DNA of 64,000 bases, taken from contig OZ257156.1 of NCBI GenBank assembly GCA_965279375.1, positions 3,360,001 through 3,424,000 of the forward strand, read 5' to 3'. This stretch comes from Gemmatimonas sp. Lineage in GTDB: Bacteria > Gemmatimonadota > Gemmatimonadetes > Gemmatimonadales > Gemmatimonadaceae. Of this stretch, positions 29,728 to 39,492 are shown piece after piece. The notes under the pieces were generated by a model. The model did not search any database and was not told where the DNA came from. It saw only the letters and a program-made list of their open reading frames with translations. A program made the translations under genes and the position numbers. Positions within the stretch are counted from its first letter, which is position 1. Every line of letters starts with the position of its first letter.

Positions 29728-29899
29728 GAGAGACTCCGGTAGTGGATGGAAAGAGCTTCGCTCGCAATCGGACCCAGCGCAACGTTACGTCGGCCGAGCA
29801 CCGCCGGATTGCAGTCGCCGCAGCTCTGGTGAGAAGTCGGGCCGAGACGGTATAGTGGGAACAGACCTCGCCCCTCGTCCCGTCACCGAACCTGCTGAG

Positions 29900-31225
29900 A
29901 TGCTCATGCGCCTTCGTCGACTGCTTCCGGCGTTCGTCGTGCTCGCAGCCACACGACTCCCCGCGCAAACGATCACGTCCGACGCGCGGCTCAGTGCTGA
30001 AATCGATCGGCGGACTGCGGCCATCATCGACAAGGTCGTCGCGTGGCGCCACGACATTCACCAACATCCCGAGCTCGGCTACGCGGAGAAGCGCACGGCA
30101 GCGCTTGTGGCGGCGCACCTCAAATCACTCGGGCTCGAGGTGCAGGAGAACGTGGGCGGCATTCCCGGCGTCGTTGGCATTCTCAAGGGAGGCAAGCCTG
30201 GGCCCACGGTAGCGCTGCGCGCAGACATGGACGCCCTCCCGGTCACCGAGCAGGTCGACCTTCCGTTCAAGTCCACTGTGCGCGCCGTGTATCAGGGGCA
30301 GGATGTCGGCGTGATGCACGCCTGCGGCCACGACACGCACGTGGCCATGCTGATGGGGACGGCGGAGGTGCTCACGGGCATGAAGGCCGAGATTCCGGGA
30401 ACGGTCAAGTTCATCTTCCAGCCGGCCGAAGAAGTCCCGCCGCGCGGCGGTGCGGCGGCGCTGATCGACGCGGGGGTGCTGGAGGGCGTGGACGTAATAT
30501 TTGGGCTGCACGTCGGGCCCGGCCCCATCGGCTCGATCGGCTATCGTGCGGGCCCCATTCAGGCGAGCGCCGACAACTTCCGCATCGTGATTCACGGCCG
30601 ACAGGGCCACGGCGCGATGCCCTCCAACACGGTCGATCCGATCGTCGTGGGCGCGCAGGTGGTGGGTGCACTGCAGACCATCGTGTCGCGTCAGATCGAC
30701 CTGACCGTCGCACCGGCGGTCGTGACGGTGGGTGCGTTTCACGGCGGTGTGCGTGAGAACATCATCCCCGACAGCGCGTACATGATCGGCACCATCCGCA
30801 CCTTCGATCCGCGCATTCGCACCACGATTCATTCGCGCATGAAGCGCATCGCCGAGAACATCGCCGAAGCGAGCGGCGCGACGGCGACCGTGAGTATCGA
30901 GTTGGGCTATCCCGTCACCGCCAATGATCCAGCAACCGTCGCGCGTTTCATCCCCACGCTCAAGCGCGTGGCAGGCGCTGCCGGCGCGTCGGAGCGTGGC
31001 CTGACCATGCCTTCCGAGGACTTCTCGCGTTACGCGGAAAAGGTGCCCGGCTTCTTCTTCAATCTCGGCGTCACCCCCGCCGATCAGGACTACAAGACTG
31101 CGCCGAGCAATCACTCGCCGCTCTTCCAGGCCGACGACAAGGCGCTGCCGTACGGCGTGCGCGCGCTCAGCAATGTCGCGCTCGACTATCTGCGTGGCGG
31201 CAAGCCGCAGGCGATCGTGCCGTGA
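29900..31225 (+). CDS. M20-family amidohydrolase
   Basis: 'HQHPELG', 'RADMDALP', 'MHACGHD', 'FQPAEE', 'SEDF', 'NHSP'. Confidence 0.92.
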   Translation: MLMRLRRLLPAFVVLAATRLPAQTITSDARLSAEIDRRTAAIIDKVVAWRHDIHQHPELGYAEKRTAALVAAHLKSLGLEVQENVGGIPGVVGILKGGKPGPTVALRADMDALPVTEQVDLPFKSTVRAVYQGQDVGVMHACGHDTHVAMLMGTAEVLTGMKAEIPGTVKFIFQPAEEVPPRGGAAALIDAGVLEGVDVIFGLHVGPGPIGSIGYRAGPIQASADNFRIVIHGRQGHGAMPSNTVDPIVVGAQVVGALQTIVSRQIDLTVAPAVVTVGAFHGGVRENIIPDSAYMIGTIRTFDPRIRTTIHSRMKRIAENIAEASGATATVSIELGYPVTANDPATVARFIPTLKRVAGAAGASERGLTMPSEDFSRYAEKVPGFFFNLGVTPADQDYKTAPSNHSPLFQADDKALPYGVRALSNVALDYLRGGKPQAIVP

Positions 31226-31234
31226 TGGCTCCGC

Positions 31235-31263
31235 TTGACCGGACAATCGTGTCGGGTTAGCGT
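31235..31263 (+). promoter_or_regulatory. Putative sigma70 promoter of the leader-MATE unit
   Basis: TTGACC (31235) N17 TAGCGT (31258). Confidence 0.55.
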
Positions 31264-31297
31264 CCTTGCTCTGTCCACTTCTTCTTTTGGTGCTCTG

Positions 31298-31414
31298 ATG
31301 CGTCAGCCCAGCCTGACCACCCTCGTCATCTCCGTGCCGGTCACCCGGCACCGCGCCGCGATTGTCGCGGGCTGGATGCGCGTGTGTGGCATCGAAGCAG
31401 GGCAGATCGGGTAG
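31298..31414 (+). CDS. Putative 38-aa leader peptide (uORF) MRQPSLTTLVISVPVTRHRAAIVAGWMRVCGIEAGQIG
   Basis: ATG 31298 to TAG 31414, read by hand; lies between the promoter and terminator; its 3' end holds the antiterminator strand. Confidence 0.6.
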   Translation: MRQPSLTTLVISVPVTRHRAAIVAGWMRVCGIEAGQIG

Positions 31415-31447
31415 CAGCCGCGAATTTCTCGCCGCTCCCCGCGGATC

Positions 31448-31490
31448 AACGCCCCTCCTGCTTCGACAACTCTGCAGGACGGGCGTTTTT
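31448..31490 (+). terminator. Attenuator terminator upstream of the MATE gene
   Basis: AACGCCC-C-TCCTGC [12-nt loop] GCAGGA-C-GGGCGTT-TTT, 23 nt before the MATE ATG. Confidence 0.75.
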
Positions 31491-31513
31491 CATTGTGATC
31501 CGTTGAGGTCTGC

Positions 31514-32950
31514 ATGACGAGTTCGACCGAAAGCGCAACATCGACCAGCGCTGCAGCACCAATGAAAACCTCGTGGTGGCGCGAGCTGCGCGACGCCGCG
31601 CGCGGTGGTAAGCACGACTACACACAGGGACCGATCGGCCGCGCGATTTTTCTGCTCGCCGTGCCAATGGTGCTCGAGATGGTGATGGAAAGTCTCTTCG
31701 CTGTCTCTGACGTGTTCTTCGTTTCTCGTCTGGGGCCGGCCGCCGTTGCCACCGTCGGCCTGACCGAGTCGATGATGATCGTCGTCTACACGCTGGCGAT
31801 GGGACTCGCGATCGCTGCGGCCGCCGTCATCGCGCGACGAATCGGCGAGCAGGAACCTGAACAGGCAGCGGTTGCTGCCGTGCAGGCTATCATCCTCTCG
31901 GTCGTGATTTCGGGCGCGATCGCAGCCGTGGGGGCCACCTTTGCTCCCGAGCTTCTGCGGATGATGGGCGCAGATGACGCGGTCCTGGCCACTGGCGTGC
32001 CATTCACGCGTGTGATGCTCGGCGGAAGCTGCACCGCGTTTCTGCTGTTCGTCATCAACTCCGCACTGCGTGGCGCAGGTGATGCGGCCGTCGCAATGCG
32101 TGTGCTCACGCTGGCCAACGGCATCAACATCGTGCTCGGGCCACTCCTGATCTTCGGTGTGGGACCGCTCCCTGAGTTGGGGGTGACGGGCGCCGCGGTG
32201 GCCACCACGATCGGTCGTGGCGTGGGCGTGCTGTTCGCACTGAGCCGATTGTTGCGGGGGACTGGGCAGCTCGCGGTGGGAGCGCGTCATCTACGCATCG
32301 ATTGGCCGGTCATCACGCGGCTCGTTCGCATGTCTCGTAACGGCACGTTTCAGGTGCTGGTGGGCTCGCTCAACTGGATCGTGCTGGTGCGTTTGATGTC
32401 CACGTTCGGCAGCGTGGCAATGGCGGGTTACACCATCGCGATCCGTCTGGTGATCTTTGGCCTGCTGCCCGCGTGGGGACTGAGCAACGCCGCTGCCACC
32501 ATGGTGGGTCAGTCACTCGGTGCGTCCAATCCCGATCGCGCCGAGCAATCGGTGTGGGTGGCCGCGCGCTACAACGTTGTGTTCCTTGGCGCGATGGCCG
32601 TGCTGTTCCTGGTCGGAGCGCCCTGGATCATTCAGGCCTTCACCAGCGATCCGGCCGTCAGCAGCGTGGCGATCTTCGGCCTGCGCAGCATTGCCCTGGG
32701 ATTCCCCGCGTTCGCGTTCGGTATGGTGCTCACGCAGTCATTCAACGGGGCAGGCGACACGGTGACGCCAACCTGGATCAACATCGGTGTCTTCTGGCTG
32801 TTCGAGACGCCGGTCGCGTGGTTGCTCAGCGAGCATTCACCACTTGGCTGGCGCGCGATCTTTCTGTCGGTGCTGGCGGCCTACACCGTGCTGGCGGCGG
32901 TGAGCGTCGTGCTCTTCCGTCGAGGGAAGTGGCGTACCCGAACCGTCTGA
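31514..32950 (+). CDS. MATE-family efflux transporter
   Basis: 'LLAVPMVLEM', 'LRGAGD', 'LGVTGAAVAT', 'TMVGQSLGA', about 12 TM segments. Confidence 0.93.
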   Translation: MTSSTESATSTSAAAPMKTSWWRELRDAARGGKHDYTQGPIGRAIFLLAVPMVLEMVMESLFAVSDVFFVSRLGPAAVATVGLTESMMIVVYTLAMGLAIAAAAVIARRIGEQEPEQAAVAAVQAIILSVVISGAIAAVGATFAPELLRMMGADDAVLATGVPFTRVMLGGSCTAFLLFVINSALRGAGDAAVAMRVLTLANGINIVLGPLLIFGVGPLPELGVTGAAVATTIGRGVGVLFALSRLLRGTGQLAVGARHLRIDWPVITRLVRMSRNGTFQVLVGSLNWIVLVRLMSTFGSVAMAGYTIAIRLVIFGLLPAWGLSNAAATMVGQSLGASNPDRAEQSVWVAARYNVVFLGAMAVLFLVGAPWIIQAFTSDPAVSSVAIFGLRSIALGFPAFAFGMVLTQSFNGAGDTVTPTWINIGVFWLFETPVAWLLSEHSPLGWRAIFLSVLAAYTVLAAVSVVLFRRGKWRTRTV

Positions 32951-33093
32951 CGGTGTAGCGCGTCGCCGGTACCGCCCGGCGTCGCACACGAGCGCGACTC
33001 GCTGACCGGCTCCTCCCTCCACGGCTGGTTCGCTAGCTTTGGAGGGCAGGGCGCTCGCGCCCCAACAACGTCTCTCCAGCCTGGTATCCGACC

Positions 33094-33540
33094 ATGAAGT
33101 CTTTCACGTCGCTGCTGCTCGTCCTGTTCGTCAGCCTCTTCGCGTTTTCCAACGTTGCGCAGGCGCAGTCGGTTGCTGGCGAGTGGGATGGCCTGATGAA
33201 CACGCCGGGCGGCGCTCGTCCGATGAAGATCGTCTTCAAGCAGGAAGGCGAAAAGCTCACCGGCGTGGTGAAGCGTGAAGCCGGCGATGCGCCGCTCACC
33301 GGCACGATCAAGGGCAACAAGGTCGAGTTCAGCTACACGGTCAACTACGGCGGCAACGCGCTCGTCCTCACGATGACCACCACGGTCACCGGCAACGAGA
33401 TGAAGGGCACCGTGAGCTTTGGCGGACAGGCGGAGGAAGAGTTCACGGCCAAGCGCGCCGCCGCACCCTCGGGAGCGTCAGTCGAGTCTTCTAACGCCGT
33501 GTCGCTGCAGCCGGTAACGCAGCCGATGGTGTTGCGCTGA
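33094..33540 (+). CDS. Hypothetical secreted beta-rich protein
   Basis: Signal 'AQAQ', 'VAGEWDG', 'GEKLTG', 'MKGTV'. Confidence 0.75.
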   Translation: MKSFTSLLLVLFVSLFAFSNVAQAQSVAGEWDGLMNTPGGARPMKIVFKQEGEKLTGVVKREAGDAPLTGTIKGNKVEFSYTVNYGGNALVLTMTTTVTGNEMKGTVSFGGQAEEEFTAKRAAAPSGASVESSNAVSLQPVTQPMVLR

Positions 33541-35038
33541 CGCTGTCCGACTGAGGCGCGGGCGCGAGAAACTCGCGGAGCTCCTCCGCGAGCGCGCTTG
33601 AGAGCGCATCGAGAGACGTGAGCTTGCTCGGCGTGGGCCGATCCAGCACGCGGTTCCACACGGCAAAACCGTCGCTCGTATTCACCAGCCGGAGCGTCAC
33701 GCGCATCTGATCCCCGTCGCGCAGCACGGTCCCTTCCACAAAGCGACCAACCCGCAGCGCGCGACCGATCTCCTCGGGGCCGCCGCCGTTGCTCAGCACC
33801 TCGAGCGCCGCCGTGCGCGACGCCACACGCACACCCGGAAGGCGCGACAGCGCTGTCGAGAGCCCATCGGTGAGGACGGCCGCCAGACGCGTGTCCGTGG
33901 AGTCGTCGCTCAGGCTCACAAACGGCAGCACCACGACATCGCCGAGTGATGGAGCGGCCTGCGCAGGCGCGCTCACCGCGCCTGACGATGCTGAAGGCAC
34001 CACCGAAGAGCTGTCTGTGCCGATGCGCGCCGCCTCGCTCGTCGCCGTGCGACCTCGCAGCCAGAACGCCGCCGCGACCAGGAGCACGCCGGCTCCGAGG
34101 AGCGCCGCTCCCGCTCCGCGGCGACGCGGACGCCGAATCGACGCAAGCTGCGCCGTTGCGAAGGCACCGCTCATCACATCCGGATCGTCGAGACGCTGCA
34201 CCAACTCCGTTGCTGACTGGGGGCGGTCTCCCGGATCCTTCTGCAGGCAGCTCATCACCAGCGATTCCAGCGCCATCGTGATGCCGCTGCGTTTCGACCG
34301 GAGCGACGGCGGCTCCGCGATCAGATGCGCGCGCAACAATTCGCTCGGGGCTCCGCTGAACGGCGTTTCGCCCGTCAGCATCTCGTAGGCCGTAACGCCG
34401 AACGCGTAGATGTCCGCGCGATGATCGGTGTTGGGGTCGCCGGAGATCTGTTCCGGGGCCATGTACGCCGGCGTGCCGAGCGAAAAGCCCTGATGTGTGA
34501 TCGTGCCCTTAGAAAGCTGCGTGGAGTCGTCGTGTACGCGGGCGGACGTAATCGCCTTGGCCACGCCAAAGTCGGCCACGACCGCGGATCCACTCGCCAG
34601 CAGAATGTTGTCTGGCTTGATGTCCCGATGCACTACACCTTGCGCATGCGCGTAGACGAGCGCACGGGCGACATCGCGCAGCACGCTGACGGTTTGCGCC
34701 ATAGGCAGCGGACCATGCGACTCCAGCCGATGACGCACCGATTCTCCATCGACGAATGGCATGATGAAGTAGGGCACGCCCGCCAGCTCGCCTGTGCGCA
34801 ACACGGGTACGATGTGCGGATGCTGGAGCGCGGCGGAGAGCGCGATCTCACGCCGAAAGCGCTCCAGCGACACCGTGGCGGCCAGCTCGTCGGTCAGCAG
34901 CTTGATCACCACCCGCCGGCCGAGGGCCACGTCTCTCGCCACGAACGTGCGCGACATGCCGCCGCCGCCGAGTTCGCGCTCCAGCACGAATTCGGCGGCA
35001 AGTGCTTCCTGCAAGCGGGCGGAGAGTCCAGAAGTCAC
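33491..35038 (-). CDS. Hanks-type Ser/Thr kinase with TM helix and TolB-N/FlgO-like domain
   Basis: 'LGGGGMS', 'HRDIKPDN', 'DFGVAK', 'GTPAYMAPEQ'; 'VVVLPFVSL..GVRVASRT'; start estimated at GTG 35038. Confidence 0.92.
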   Translation of the reverse strand: MTSGLSARLQEALAAEFVLERELGGGGMSRTFVARDVALGRRVVIKLLTDELAATVSLERFRREIALSAALQHPHIVPVLRTGELAGVPYFIMPFVDGESVRHRLESHGPLPMAQTVSVLRDVARALVYAHAQGVVHRDIKPDNILLASGSAVVADFGVAKAITSARVHDDSTQLSKGTITHQGFSLGTPAYMAPEQISGDPNTDHRADIYAFGVTAYEMLTGETPFSGAPSELLRAHLIAEPPSLRSKRSGITMALESLVMSCLQKDPGDRPQSATELVQRLDDPDVMSGAFATAQLASIRRPRRRGAGAALLGAGVLLVAAAFWLRGRTATSEAARIGTDSSSVVPSASSGAVSAPAQAAPSLGDVVVLPFVSLSDDSTDTRLAAVLTDGLSTALSRLPGVRVASRTAALEVLSNGGGPEEIGRALRVGRFVEGTVLRDGDQMRVTLRLVNTSDGFAVWNRVLDRPTPSKLTSLDALSSALAEELREFLAPAPQSDSVSATPSAALPAAATRR

Positions 35039-35131
35039 ATGAGGATGAGTAGGCGTGTCACCTCTGTTTGACAATTGGACCGAGCGAAGCGTTTGGATCG
35101 AAATTCCCAAACGCGCACCACCGTCGGCGCT

Positions 35132-38100
35132 CTAGTTGCGGCTCATCGAGAAGCTGGTGCCCTGTGGCGACGCATCGATCGAGTAACGCGCATGGTCGCG
35201 ACGCAACGACGATGGGTCCTCGGTCAGCAGGTTCCGAATGAATCGCGGCACGATCGAGAGTTGCACGGGTGTGAGTACCGCCTTGGCGAGCGCACCAGTC
35301 TCGTAGGTGATGTCCCACGCCAGCGAGTCAGTGCGCGCCGCTCGCTTCTGCGCATCCTTGGCGTCGTAGCGATCCGGTAGCGCCGCCAGATGCTCCACCA
35401 ACGGCTTGAATACCTCCGCCAGCTGCGCACGGTAGCGCATTTCGCGCGACGTGAGCGAGTCCAGCTGCGCGGGCGTCAGCAGCAGCGTGTCCGAGTACGC
35501 CTGCAACGAGACGAAGAGACTCGGCATCGCGCGCTGGTAGCGCGCCATCAGGGTATCCGTGGTCAAGCGCGCCCGGCGATCTCCGCCGCGCCCCGGACGC
35601 AGCTGTCGCCGCAGTTGCTGTACTTCGTCGCGCTCCGAAAAGTTGATCCGCACGTCGATGGTCGCACCGTACGGCTCCAGCGGTCGCGCTGTGCGCGAGG
35701 GGCGCGTCTCTCCGAAGCGCGGGTTCACGTCATAGGTGAAGGCGTTGCTCGCGCTCGTGAACCCGCGGGGAACGAGCAGCACGTTGTCCGGCGCTGCCGC
35801 CGTTCCCCACCCACGCAGCTCGTTGCTCCCGTGCAGCGCGCGATCGAGTGCGCCGAGCGGATTAACGAACTGCACCGCGACACGAGCGCGATCCGGCAGT
35901 TTGAGGCGCGCGCCGGCCAGATCCAGCCGGAGCTGCATCGACTGCGTCCACGGCCCTTCGCAGCTGTTCATCGCCGCGATCGTGCCGCGCTGTGCACGCA
36001 GGCAGCGCGCGACGCTCTTCGGTGCCGATGCCAACAACACGTCGAAGGGGGTGAAGCTGGACGAGAGCAGGCTGCTGCTCATCGGCACGAACGCGCGGTC
36101 GTTCGCTCGGCCGTCGCCATTGATATCGCTCGCCACCATTGGGGTGAACGGACGTCCGCTTTCGAGGCGAAGGAACATCGACAGGCCGACTCCAGGCGCC
36201 ACGTATTTCGCGAACTGTGCCATGATCTGGTGGCGCACGTCGAACGGGCTGCGTCCCCACTCCACACGTCGGGGGTCGCCGGCCGCGCCGGCGTCGAAGC
36301 CGCGCGCCTGCGTGCGCGCGCTGGCGTACGTGTAGTTGAAGTTGACGTAGTCTCCACCAAAGCTGCGCCCCAAGCCGCTCAAGTCAGGCGTCAACGAGAG
36401 CGTGAGCTGGCCCGCGCGACCGCGTAGATCACTCATCCTTTCGGATACGGCGCCAAACGCACTGCTACGACGCGAGCCCAGGGCAGACACTGCTCCCGTG
36501 CGCGCGTCCACATCGGTGGGGCGGAAGTACACGGCGCGCCCTGCCTCCGCCGGCAGCGTGGCCGACTGTACTCCACTGAAGTTCAGATCCTGCACACTCG
36601 GCTGATTCAGATTGAGCGCGTACGTTGCGTCGGCGCGGTAGTCGATGATCCACCAGCGCGACGTCCACCCCACGTTGCCTCGCCAGCTCCGCGGCGGCGT
36701 GTAGTTGCGTGTAAAGGTGCTGATCGGCGTACCCGCGTCCGTCAGCGATGGCGCGCCGGGCGCACAGCTCGTCGCGGAGCTGTTCATGCTCGACCAATCG
36801 GGTAGCGGCACCGCGCTGCCAACGCACGTCAGTCGGCGCAGCGCATCGCTCGCGCCGGTGGCGCCGTCCGCATCAGCGAGCGCGTTCGCGCGATAGAGTC
36901 CACGAAACTCGCCAACACCCGCGCGCAGCATGCCGACAGGCAACGTGGACCGAATCGCATAGTCGTTCGCATTCGTCATGAAACCGCCCGCGCGTTCCTT
37001 CACCAGATACCACGTCATGCCCAATCGTGGACTGATTCCGATCGACGATGGCACGCGATTGGTTGCCACGCCGAGCGCGGAGAGGAGGGCTGGATTGGCC
37101 GCGGGCGTGCCGACATATCGGTTCGCTTCCGCGCGAGCGCCCCACAGCAGCTGGAAGACGCGAGACGGTGCCCAACGGTGCGCGAAGGCAGCGGCGCTGT
37201 TCCATGCTGCACCGGAGCGTGCGGGCTGCGACACGGTGCGCGTGTAGCTCGCCGGTCGATTGGCCTGCAGGTCCGCGAGGGTGTTGTAGCTGTAAGTCCC
37301 CAGCGGATTGCTCACGGTCTCGTCGGCGGTCGCATCCACACGCGTCCACGCGTGCAGCTTGAACAAGTGTCGCCGGCCACCGTGCAGCCAAGTCACGTCG
37401 TCCGCCGCCTCCCAGGAGACCGTGCGCGAATCACCGCGCGCCCCCGCGTCGCCGCCAAACCGAATCGTCGGGACGGCACCCGTGGCGTTCAGGTCATCCG
37501 CACTGGCATCGACCGTCACGTCGGGTGCACGCACGACGCCTGCAGGGAGCAAGAGAGTGGGCGTGCGCGATGAGAACTGCCCCGACAGCGACGTACGGAA
37601 ATCGTTGAGCACCGGGAGCGTTCCGCCGGACAACGACACCTGGCCCACTTGAATCGCCGAGCGGACATCCTGCGTGCGATACCCGGCGCTGGTGAGCGTG
37701 CTCGCGCTGATGCCCGCGCCGCTCGTGCGCGATGCGTCCAGCAGCCCGGTCACGCGTAGCGCGCGCCGTCCGCGCGGCGTGCGATCGAGCTGTGCCACGA
37801 GGTTCACCGATTCGTTGACTTCGTTCGGCGTCGCGAGGCCGAACGGGACCTTGGCCGCACCAAAGCCCGACTGCAATTGCGCGAGTGCGTTCGCGCCGAT
37901 GCCCTGCAAGCGCAGCAACTCCGAGGGAGCGGTGAACAGCGAACTTTGACCAGCACTCCGGCGCACTGCCTGCGCCGCCGCGGTATAGAAGACGCGATCG
38001 TCCACGAGCATTCCTGAGCGGCCCATCGACGCCTGCAGCGATGTGGGCTGCATCCCATACGCTCGTGCCAACGCATCGTCGTTGCGCAGCGCGGGGGCAT

Positions 38101-38926
38101 CCAGCGTGAACGATCCGCTCTTGCGCGTATTCATGCTGCCCGGATCGAGCTCCTGCGCGACCAGCGCGCCACTGAAGCCACCCACCGACGGATCGAAGCT
38201 GCTGAGCGATCCACGCGTCCGCGTGGCCGCTTCGCGCGGGAGACGTGCCCCCGATGCCAGTCCGTTGAGCGTCGTCAGCGACTGATCGCCACCGGCGCCC
38301 AGCGCGGAAACACCATTGGCGCCGACATTCAACCCGGGAATCGTGCCAGCCGCGGCCATCGGGTCTCCGGCGGCTCCGGGAGACACTGCCGCATAGACGC
38401 CCTCCACGACGCGCTCATTGCTGCCGACCGTTGGCTCGGCGCTGGTGCGATTGGGTGGCTCGGGCTTGGGTGCATTGGCGCGCACGCGCACCGCTGCCAA
38501 CTGCGAGGGGCCAGTCTTCTGCAGCACGGCGTCGGCCACGATGCGCTGTGCCGCATTCGATCGCGTGAGGCGCTTTCGGTACGGCTGCGCATCCGGCGCG
38601 CTGATGAATACGAGGTAGTCGCCCGTGCCCGGCGTGAACACCAACTGCCAGCGCCCATCGGCGTCGGTCGTGTCCTGCTGCACCAATCGGTCGGGGCCCC
38701 GCGTGACGAAGACTGTCGCGCCCGACACCGGTGCGCCGCCCGCACTCGAGGTCACACGGCCGACGATCGTATCACTGGCCGACGGCGTGGGGGAGGCGGC
38801 ACTGGCGGGAGCACCCTGCGCGCGCGCGGTCGAAGTACTCCAGTGCGTCGCGGCCAGCGCAATGGCCGACCATACGAGGGTACGCCGCAACATCCGGCGT
38901 GTGGTGGAGCGGGGAGTGTCGAACAA
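35132..38926 (-). CDS. Large outer-membrane protein (CarboxypepD_reg N-terminus, Oar/TBDR-like barrel)
   Basis: Signal peptide, 'IVGRVTS', 'ISPRLG', 'GRPFTP..DINGDG', 'YDVNPRFG'. Confidence 0.75.
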   Translation of the reverse strand: MFDTPRSTTRRMLRRTLVWSAIALAATHWSTSTARAQGAPASAASPTPSASDTIVGRVTSSAGGAPVSGATVFVTRGPDRLVQQDTTDADGRWQLVFTPGTGDYLVFISAPDAQPYRKRLTRSNAAQRIVADAVLQKTGPSQLAAVRVRANAPKPEPPNRTSAEPTVGSNERVVEGVYAAVSPGAAGDPMAAAGTIPGLNVGANGVSALGAGGDQSLTTLNGLASGARLPREAATRTRGSLSSFDPSVGGFSGALVAQELDPGSMNTRKSGSFTLDAPALRNDDALARAYGMQPTSLQASMGRSGMLVDDRVFYTAAAQAVRRSAGQSSLFTAPSELLRLQGIGANALAQLQSGFGAAKVPFGLATPNEVNESVNLVAQLDRTPRGRRALRVTGLLDASRTSGAGISASTLTSAGYRTQDVRSAIQVGQVSLSGGTLPVLNDFRTSLSGQFSSRTPTLLLPAGVVRAPDVTVDASADDLNATGAVPTIRFGGDAGARGDSRTVSWEAADDVTWLHGGRRHLFKLHAWTRVDATADETVSNPLGTYSYNTLADLQANRPASYTRTVSQPARSGAAWNSAAAFAHRWAPSRVFQLLWGARAEANRYVGTPAANPALLSALGVATNRVPSSIGISPRLGMTWYLVKERAGGFMTNANDYAIRSTLPVGMLRAGVGEFRGLYRANALADADGATGASDALRRLTCVGSAVPLPDWSSMNSSATSCAPGAPSLTDAGTPISTFTRNYTPPRSWRGNVGWTSRWWIIDYRADATYALNLNQPSVQDLNFSGVQSATLPAEAGRAVYFRPTDVDARTGAVSALGSRRSSAFGAVSERMSDLRGRAGQLTLSLTPDLSGLGRSFGGDYVNFNYTYASARTQARGFDAGAAGDPRRVEWGRSPFDVRHQIMAQFAKYVAPGVGLSMFLRLESGRPFTPMVASDINGDGRANDRAFVPMSSSLLSSSFTPFDVLLASAPKSVARCLRAQRGTIAAMNSCEGPWTQSMQLRLDLAGARLKLPDRARVAVQFVNPLGALDRALHGSNELRGWGTAAAPDNVLLVPRGFTSASNAFTYDVNPRFGETRPSRTARPLEPYGATIDVRINFSERDEVQQLRRQLRPGRGGDRRARLTTDTLMARYQRAMPSLFVSLQAYSDTLLLTPAQLDSLTSREMRYRAQLAEVFKPLVEHLAALPDRYDAKDAQKRAARTDSLAWDITYETGALAKAVLTPVQLSIVPRFIRNLLTEDPSSLRRDHARYSIDASPQGTSFSMSRN

Positions 38927-39083
38927 GCAGACCTCGAAGAGGGCAGGGGCGATAACCGTTGGGTCGTGTCGCGCGCGAAAGGAATCGCGACATTCGACAA
39001 CGAATCGTACTCAACGGTTTACGCGCCCCGACGCTCCTCGGGTTTCGACGATCTTCTGCCCAGTTCGTCCTTGTGTGCGTCCG

Positions 39084-39260
39084 CTAGCGACGCCAGGAGT
39101 TGAAGCGGCGATTCTGCACCAAGCTCATTCCTGCGCCGATCGCCAGCATCAATGCAGCCATGCCGCCGATGTAGGCACTCGGCACGCCGAACAGGTATAG
39201 CGCCCACACCACTCCGACGAAGAGCAGGAGGAAGCGCTCGAGATAGATCCCAGTCGTCAT
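39084..39260 (-). CDS. Small two-TM membrane protein (58 aa)
   Basis: AAGGAG RBS before ATG 39260; 'MTTGIYLERFLLLFVGVVWALYLFG..'; basic tail. Confidence 0.6.
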   Translation of the reverse strand: MTTGIYLERFLLLFVGVVWALYLFGVPSAYIGGMAALMLAIGAGMSLVQNRRFNSWRR

Positions 39261-39492
39261 GTGGCTGCTCCTTGGAGACAGAGACGTGTCGGTGACCTGT
39301 ACGGTGCGCGCATCCGGTTGTGGGCGCGCTCGATCACAACATCTGACACCCAACATGTGTGCAAGTTCGGGTCCCGCCGTGGCACGCGTCACAGGACCCG
39401 TTGGGGTCGCCAGGAGAATCGCGAGATTCGTGATCCACGTTCCACGAGACGGCGCGCTCGTGCGCTGTCAGAGCGCGCACTATGTTGGTCGC

